Below are positions 47,521-53,287 of a stretch of 53,287 bases of DNA, one piece after another; the stretch's first letter is position 1, and each line of letters starts with the position of its first letter. The DNA is taken from NCBI GenBank assembly GCA_031416375.1, contig JANOTN010000098.1, positions 1 through 53,287 on the forward strand. The letters are read 5' to 3'. The notes under the pieces were generated by a model. The model ran no database searches, was not told the DNA's origin, and saw nothing but the letters and a program-made list of their open reading frames with translations. The translations under genes were made by a program, and so were the position numbers. Source of the stretch: Ilumatobacteraceae bacterium. GTDB taxonomy: Bacteria; Actinomycetota; Acidimicrobiia; Acidimicrobiales; Ilumatobacteraceae.

Positions 47521-48510
47521 ATGTTGCCCGTTGCGGTCGACGCAATGGGCGGTGATCGTGCTCCCGAGGCGATTGTCGCCGGAGCGAGAGCCGCTGCTGC
47601 TGCTGGTATCCCCGTTGTCCTCGTCGGCCCAGCCGACCTGGGATCGCGAGTTGACATCGGTGACCTTCCCCTGATCGTGGCGAGCGAGGTCATCGAGATG
47701 GATGACGACCCGGCACACGGTGTTCGTCGTAAGAAGGACTCGACCTTGGTCCGCGCTGCTGAGGCAGTCCGTGACGGTCAAGCGTCAGCAATGATTTCTG
47801 CCGGCAATACGGGTGCCACGATGGCCTCGGCACTCTTTCGAATGGGGCGCATCAAGGGCGTTAGCCGGCCAGCGATCGCTGCGATCATCCCCGTCCCCGG
47901 CGGGACTCCCACCGTGCTCGTCGATGCCGGTGCCAACGCCGAGGTCCAGGCCGAATGGTTGACCCAGTTCGCCCAAATGGGTTCGATCTTGTCTCGCCAC
48001 CGATTCGGTATCGAGTCACCAACGGTTGGTCTTCTGTCGATCGGCGAGGAACCAGGAAAGGGTGACTCGCTCCGCAAGCAGGTGTATCCATTGCTCGAAG
48101 CGACACACGGGATCAACTTCATCGGCAATGTCGAAGGCCGCGACGTGATGACTGACGCGGTTGATGTGGTCGTGACCGATGGATTTACCGGCAACGTCAC
48201 CCTGAAGACACTTGAAGGTGGCCTCAAGGTGATCGTCAAGGCGCTGCTCGAGGCGTTCGCCGCCGAGGAGCACTACAAACCCCACGCTGACGCCCTGATG
48301 CCGGCTCTGCTCCCGCTGTATGAGCATCTCGATCCGGAGACGTACGGCGGCGCGGTGCTGGTTGGCGTCGATGGAGTTTGCATTATTTCCCACGGCTCAT
48401 CGAGTCAGCGAGCAATTGTGAACGCGATCACCGTGGCGAAGGAAATGGTCGAAGCCGACATCGTCGGCCAAATCGCTGCGGCGATCCGTCGACCTGATTC
48501 GGAATCCTGA
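47521..48510 (+). CDS. plsX: Phosphate acyltransferase PlsX
   Basis: AVDAMGGD.AP, SAGNTGA, RPAIA, DAGAN, FIGNVEG, DGFTGNV.LK..EG, ISHGSS. Confidence 0.96.
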   Translation: MLPVAVDAMGGDRAPEAIVAGARAAAAAGIPVVLVGPADLGSRVDIGDLPLIVASEVIEMDDDPAHGVRRKKDSTLVRAAEAVRDGQASAMISAGNTGATMASALFRMGRIKGVSRPAIAAIIPVPGGTPTVLVDAGANAEVQAEWLTQFAQMGSILSRHRFGIESPTVGLLSIGEEPGKGDSLRKQVYPLLEATHGINFIGNVEGRDVMTDAVDVVVTDGFTGNVTLKTLEGGLKVIVKALLEAFAAEEHYKPHADALMPALLPLYEHLDPETYGGAVLVGVDGVCIISHGSSSQRAIVNAITVAKEMVEADIVGQIAAAIRRPDSES

Positions 48511-48539
48511 GAGGCGGTTAGCCCGGTAGAGTCTCGCGC

Positions 48540-48833
48540 GTGCCTGCCGAGACTCCAGTCAATCACGCTCCGATTCAGCGAGACGAGATCCTCCAGATCG
48601 TTCGTGACCGACTCGCCGACATTTTGGAGATCGATCCATCGACGATTAGCGAGGGGCAGTCGTTTGTCGATGACCTCGACGCCGACTCGTTGGCGTTGAT
48701 CGAACTCGTCGAGTCGATTGAGGAGGAGTTGTCTGATCGCACCGACGGGTTCCGAATCGAAGACGAGGACCTTGAGGATCTCAAGACGGTCCGCGACGCT
48801 GTTGACTACGTCCACGAGCGCACAGGCAGTTGA
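48540..48833 (+). CDS. acpP: Acyl carrier protein
   Basis: DDLDADSLALIEL phosphopantetheine site; acidic; KTVRDAVDYV. Confidence 0.93.
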   Translation: MPAETPVNHAPIQRDEILQIVRDRLADILEIDPSTISEGQSFVDDLDADSLALIELVESIEEELSDRTDGFRIEDEDLEDLKTVRDAVDYVHERTGS

Positions 48834-48836
48834 TCC

Positions 48837-49517
48837 TTGACCCTGGCGGCTCTTGAGCAGCGCCTGGGTCACACATTTGGTGACTCCGAACTGCTTCGGC
48901 GGGCAATGTGCCATCGTTCCTGGGTTGCCGAGTCCGACGATCAGCACAGCAACGAGAGGCTCGAGTTTCTTGGCGACGCGATCCTCGGCTGGGTTATCGC
49001 TGACCTGGTGTTTCATCGTTTCGGCGACCTCGCCGAAGGTGCACTGACCGACCTGCGCAAGAGCGTCGTCAACGCCAACGCTCTTGCCGAGGTGGCTACC
49101 GAACTACGCATCGGAGATCACCTGCTGCTCGGCAGGGGCGAGGACTCGGCGGGCGGTCGACTGAAAGTATCGATCCTCTCGGACGCCATGGAGGCGGTGC
49201 TCGGCGCGGTGTATCTCGATGGTGGTCGCGACGCCGCCTTCGCCCTCATTGAACGTCTCTTCATCGCTCGCCTCGAACACGCCGTCGGCACCCTCGATCG
49301 ACTCGACTACAAGTCAGCCCTGCAGGAACTCCTGGCTCACAGAGGGCTTCCCTCACCCGACTACAAAATACATTCGACCGGCCCAGATCACGAAAAGACG
49401 TTTTTCGCCTCGATCAAGGTCGCCAAGCAACTCGTCGGCGAGGGTGAAGGGCGATCCAAGAAGACCGCAGAACAGTCCGCCGCAGGTGCCGCCTTCGCCA
49501 AGTTGGCGGCCGAGTAG
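48837..49517 (+). CDS. rnc: Ribonuclease III
   Basis: SNERLEFLGDAIL, SDAMEA..GAVYLDGG, DYKS.LQE, GPDH, SKK.AEQ. Confidence 0.97.
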   Translation: MTLAALEQRLGHTFGDSELLRRAMCHRSWVAESDDQHSNERLEFLGDAILGWVIADLVFHRFGDLAEGALTDLRKSVVNANALAEVATELRIGDHLLLGRGEDSAGGRLKVSILSDAMEAVLGAVYLDGGRDAAFALIERLFIARLEHAVGTLDRLDYKSALQELLAHRGLPSPDYKIHSTGPDHEKTFFASIKVAKQLVGEGEGRSKKTAEQSAAGAAFAKLAAE

Positions 49518-49519
49518 TC

Positions 49520-50395
49520 GTGCCAGAACTACCCGAAGTTGAGACGGTTCGCCGCGGGCTTGAGCGGTTCGTCGTCGGCCGACGTGTCAACCGGGTCGAA
49601 GTCGGCCGGGAACGTTCGGTTCGGCGAACGTCACGTGAAGCCGTGATTCATGGTTTGACCGGCGCCACGATCGTCGCTGCAAACCGTCGCGGCAAGTATT
49701 TGCTGCTGCCGCTCGATTCCGGCGACGAAGTGATGATCCACCTCCGGATGAGCGGGCAGGTATTGGTTGCAGAATCAGGTGCTGATCGGCCAAGACACAC
49801 GCACGTCGTCCTGCACCTTGACCCTAGCGACGATCCGGACGCCGATCCAGAATCCACGGGCGGTGCTCAAGAGTTGTGGTTCGTTGACCCGCGCACCTTC
49901 GGTGAGGTCGTGGTGTTCGACCCCGGAAACGTCGCCGTCGAGATTCCGGATCTCGCAAAACTGGGTGTCGACCCGATTGCCGACGGCCTTGAACTGCCCC
50001 ATCTTCGTCGGTTACTGCGGGCGCGTCACCGCCAGATCAAACCGTTGCTTCTTGACCAGCACGTGATTGCCGGGATTGGCAACATTTACGCCGATGAGAT
50101 CTTGCACGAGGCCCGAATCAGACCTGACCGGGCTTCGAACGAACTCACCGCGAGGTCGGAGGCGATGCTCCACGCTGCGATTCATCGAATTCTGAACGCC
50201 TCGATTGCCGCAGGCGGATCGACCCTGTCTGACGCCCAATACGTTGATCTCTATGGCGACTGGGGTTCGTACCAGGAAGACCATCGGGTATACGGACGCA
50301 CCGGCGAACGCTGCCTGACTTGCGGCATTGGCTGGATCAAACGAATCGTCACCGCCCAACGATCCACCCATTTCTGCCCGCGCTGCCAGCGCTAG
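49520..50395 (+). CDS. mutM: Formamidopyrimidine-DNA glycosylase
   Basis: MPELPEVE, RRGKYL, HLRMSG, DPRTFG, AGIGNIYADE, C-terminal zinc finger CLTCG...FCPRCQ. Confidence 0.96.
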   Translation: MPELPEVETVRRGLERFVVGRRVNRVEVGRERSVRRTSREAVIHGLTGATIVAANRRGKYLLLPLDSGDEVMIHLRMSGQVLVAESGADRPRHTHVVLHLDPSDDPDADPESTGGAQELWFVDPRTFGEVVVFDPGNVAVEIPDLAKLGVDPIADGLELPHLRRLLRARHRQIKPLLLDQHVIAGIGNIYADEILHEARIRPDRASNELTARSEAMLHAAIHRILNASIAAGGSTLSDAQYVDLYGDWGSYQEDHRVYGRTGERCLTCGIGWIKRIVTAQRSTHFCPRCQR

Positions 50396-50420
50396 CTAGT
50401 GCACTAGATTCGACACCGCC

Positions 50421-53287
50421 GTGTTTCTCAAGAACCTCACCCTCAAGGGCTTCAAGTCCTTCGCTGATTCAACCGTCATGACCCTCGAACCGGGGGTCAC
50501 CGTTGTCGTTGGCCCAAACGGGTCGGGCAAGTCGAACGTCGTTGACGCGATTGCCTGGGTGCTTGGTGCTCAGGCCCCGAAGTCGGTTCGCTCACAGAAG
50601 ATGGACGACGTGATCTTTGCCGGCACCGAGAAGCGCCAAGCGCTCGGCCGAGCCGAAGTCAGCCTCACGATCGACAACTCGGCGGGCCTGTTGCCGGTCG
50701 AGTTCAACGAGGTCACGATCACCCGAATCCTGTTCCGAACCGGTGACAGTGAGTACGCCATCAACGGTGTGCCGTGTCGACTACTCGACTTACAAGAGAT
50801 GCTGTCTGACGCCGGCGTGGGCCGCCAACAGCACGTGATTGTGGGCCAAGGTCAGATCGACGCCGTTCTCAACGCCCGACCGGAGGATCGTCGCGGCATC
50901 ATCGAAGAAGCGGCCGGTGTCCTCAAATATCGTAAGCGCAAGGAGAAGGCCGAACGCCGCCTCGATGCCACCGAGGCCAACCTGTTGAGACTGCAAGACC
51001 TGTTGCGCGAAGTCCGTCGTCAACTGCGCCCGTTGGAACGCCAGGCCGAGGCCGCCAGGCGGCACGGTGAATTGGTCGGCGAACTGAGTTTGCTGCGGGT
51101 GTTCGTTGCGGGCCGCGAGATCAATTCCCTGCGACGCAAACTCGAATCGATCGCCGTCGACCGCATCGAAGCCGTGACGGTTGAGGCCGAACTGAAGTCA
51201 GCGCTCGCCAAGCTCGACACCGAGGTGATGGCATACGAAGCGCAACTGTCAGCGCGAGGTGCTAGCGATGTCAGCGATCGTTTGGTCCATGTCGAACAAC
51301 TCCGCGAGCGAGCACGCGGCTTGGCCGGAATCCTGGCTGAACGCAAGCGCTCGCTGCACCGAGACCATGGCCAGTTGCTCGACGCCGGGGTTGTCGCCAA
51401 TCTCGAGGCCGATGGTGCTCGATTCCGAACTGAGCTCGATGAAGTCATCGTCGCCCTCGAACGTGTCGCACCCGAGGCACAAGTGCTGGCGGCTGACGAG
51501 GTCTCGTTCGGCGAGGAACGCTCACGCGTGACCGAGGCGCTAAGCGCCGACGACGGGGGAGCGAAGGCTGCCAGCGCGGCAGCGGAAGTGCGCGGTGAGC
51601 TGCGTTCGATCCGGGGTGGTGTCGAGCGTACCGAGAGCGAACTGCGCCGGGCGACCACCCGCAGCGACGCACTCCGAATCAAGCTTGAACAATTGATCGA
51701 GGAAACAGAGCGGCTTCGAGACGAGTGCAGCCAGGCTGAGTCGGTCGAATCTCCCCTCGTCGCCGAAGTCGAGGCGGCAGAGCAGCACCGGATGGCGTCC
51801 GAGGAAGCGTTCGAGCGATGCACCGCCGAGCGTCACGACGCATCAGAGGCCGCCTCGCGTTGGCGCGCACGCGTCGAGGCCTTGCAGTTGGCGCTCGACG
51901 CAGGGCGCGCCCGAGCCAGTGCCGAACGGCTTGCAGGCGTCGATGGAGTGCTCGGCACGTTGCTCGACCTCGTCGAGATTGACCCCGGCTGGCAGGCAGC
52001 CGTGGAAGCCGCGCTGGGTGAAGCATTGACGGCAGTCGTTGTCGACGGCCCGGTGTCAGCGCAACGGGCGCTCGCCGCACTGCGTGAGTCGAACACCAGT
52101 GGAGCCGTGCTGGCGGCAGGGATTCGGGCCCACTATGCACCCGTTCCTGGCGTCGGAGAATCGGTGCTTCCGCACGTTCGATCAGGTCGGGCGGGGATGA
52201 CCGGGTTACTCGACGCACTCGTCGGCAACGCCGTACGGGTCGAGTCGCTCGACCATGCGATCGAAGCCGCCCTCGCTCACCCCGATGCCGTGATCGTGAC
52301 CGAAGCCGGTGATCGGTTCGCCCCGACCGGCTGGCGGATTGGTGCTGCAGCCGGTGGTGCAACGGCCGCAGCCTTGAATGACGCCAAACAGAACGCGGAG
52401 CACACAACTTCTGCGCTGGTCACCGCCGAACAGGTGCTCGCCAGCGCAAGAACGTCTCTTGAAACCCACCGCAAGACGGAACTCGAACTCAACCGCAAAC
52501 TCGACCAGAACGACGCCCGCTTCACCGCCGCGTCTGAAGGCTTGTCGCGTGCGCTCGGCCAACGCCGCCAATCGCAGTCTGAACTTGAGGGGCTCGATCG
52601 CACCGCCGATGAGCTGACCACTCACATCGATCGCGAGCGTGCCCGGATTGCGGATCTCGAGGCACTGCTGCCGACACTCGACGCCGACGAGCAGGCCGAG
52701 GCCGACTCGGCGCGGGCACGTGGGGAGTTGCGGGCTGAGATGGAGGGCCGCGCCGCCGCCCTCTCGTCACGCCGTCGCGAACTCGAAGTTCGCAATGCCG
52801 GTCTGCACGACCGTCAACAGTTTCTCGAAAGCCGAATAGTCGAGAACGAACGTCGACTTGAGGCCGACAAGGAAGCCCGCTTGGGCGCTGCCGAACGGCG
52901 CCTGCAGATCGAACGTTCGCTCGTCGCGATCGATCGTTTGGCGCGTCTCGTCGAAGTCCACAGCGTCGTCGTCGAGGTCGAGCACGACGAACTCGCGGAA
53001 CAGCGACGTCGCCAGAGTGACGAAGTCCGAGCGCTGACAACCGGCCTCGACGTTGCTCGCAAGCAGCGCTCAGAATCTGAACGCCAACTCGACGAGACCC
53101 GACAGCGTTCGCATCGATCGGAGATCGAGCAGGCCGAGGCCAAACTCCGGCTCGAGAATTCGGTTGAAACGTTGCGTCGGGAACTCGACATCGAGCCCGA
53201 AGTCGCCGAAGCGGCCGAACAGCCAGAGCTTCCAGAGGGTGCCACCGCCGCCGGGCGTGCTCGTGAGCTCGATCGCGAGCTGCGTCT
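50421..53287 (+). CDS. smc: Chromosome segregation protein SMC (3' partial)
   Basis: GTG 50421: FLKNLTLKGFKSFAD...VVGPNGSGKSNVVDA...KMDDVIFAG; long coiled coil and hinge; runs off the window. Confidence 0.96.
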   Translation, partial: MFLKNLTLKGFKSFADSTVMTLEPGVTVVVGPNGSGKSNVVDAIAWVLGAQAPKSVRSQKMDDVIFAGTEKRQALGRAEVSLTIDNSAGLLPVEFNEVTITRILFRTGDSEYAINGVPCRLLDLQEMLSDAGVGRQQHVIVGQGQIDAVLNARPEDRRGIIEEAAGVLKYRKRKEKAERRLDATEANLLRLQDLLREVRRQLRPLERQAEAARRHGELVGELSLLRVFVAGREINSLRRKLESIAVDRIEAVTVEAELKSALAKLDTEVMAYEAQLSARGASDVSDRLVHVEQLRERARGLAGILAERKRSLHRDHGQLLDAGVVANLEADGARFRTELDEVIVALERVAPEAQVLAADEVSFGEERSRVTEALSADDGGAKAASAAAEVRGELRSIRGGVERTESELRRATTRSDALRIKLEQLIEETERLRDECSQAESVESPLVAEVEAAEQHRMASEEAFERCTAERHDASEAASRWRARVEALQLALDAGRARASAERLAGVDGVLGTLLDLVEIDPGWQAAVEAALGEALTAVVVDGPVSAQRALAALRESNTSGAVLAAGIRAHYAPVPGVGESVLPHVRSGRAGMTGLLDALVGNAVRVESLDHAIEAALAHPDAVIVTEAGDRFAPTGWRIGAAAGGATAAALNDAKQNAEHTTSALVTAEQVLASARTSLETHRKTELELNRKLDQNDARFTAASEGLSRALGQRRQSQSELEGLDRTADELTTHIDRERARIADLEALLPTLDADEQAEADSARARGELRAEMEGRAAALSSRRRELEVRNAGLHDRQQFLESRIVENERRLEADKEARLGAAERRLQIERSLVAIDRLARLVEVHSVVVEVEHDELAEQRRRQSDEVRALTTGLDVARKQRSESERQLDETRQRSHRSEIEQAEAKLRLENSVETLRRELDIEPEVAEAAEQPELPEGATAAGRARELDRELR

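Noticed and set aside
47274-47693. ORF-track calls over the rpmF region (47312+, 47264-, 47274-)
   Set aside because: Wrong frame or strand; the real gene is L32 at 47328-47507
1-53287. tRNA, rRNA, known riboswitches or selenocysteine read-through
   Set aside because: None recognised by eye; intergenic gaps are short and called genes have no in-frame TGA. An Infernal/Rfam scan would be needed to exclude small RNAs.

Overview
High-GC actinobacterial chromosome segment; gene content and order suggest Acidimicrobiia/Ilumatobacter-like (inference). The left arm (1-21.5 kb) carries housekeeping and accessory genes: a thioredoxin-fold fusion, PhyH, AKR, kgd, HAD, an NYN-S1 RNase-like protein, xth, uvrD2, CaiB, PIG-L, pckG and rpmB. 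The right arm (40.9-53.3 kb) is the conserved DAK2-recG-rsmD-coaD-SepIVA-like-DUF177-rpmF-plsX-acpP-rnc-mutM-smc block. Between rpmB and DAK2, which are normally close neighbours, lies a ~19 kb insert. It starts with a truncated DUF222-HNH element and contains an apparently uncharacterised catabolic regulon. Its core is a CADD/PqqC-fold heme-oxygenase-like dimetal enzyme with all six metal ligands but without CADD's pABA-donor residues. This enzyme is co-transcribed with an atypical Cys3-Asp [2Fe-2S] ferredoxin, a Rieske ferredoxin and a SnoaL-like protein. The insert also encodes a GGT-family hydrolase, MFS, OCD/mu-crystallin, GlcG heme-binding protein, ALDH, SDR, DUF1330, an Opp/Dpp-type ABC importer, a DauA-like flavoenzyme, a TauE exporter and two GntR paralogs with the same recognition helix. 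A 14-bp box TGYATAWWGTATMC sits in all four divergent promoter regions of the insert. Genes missed by the ORF track include the left-edge gene, a 57-aa zinc-ribbon protein, rpmF and smc. No tRNA, rRNA, CRISPR or integrase was recognised. All family calls come from motifs read by eye, not from database searches.
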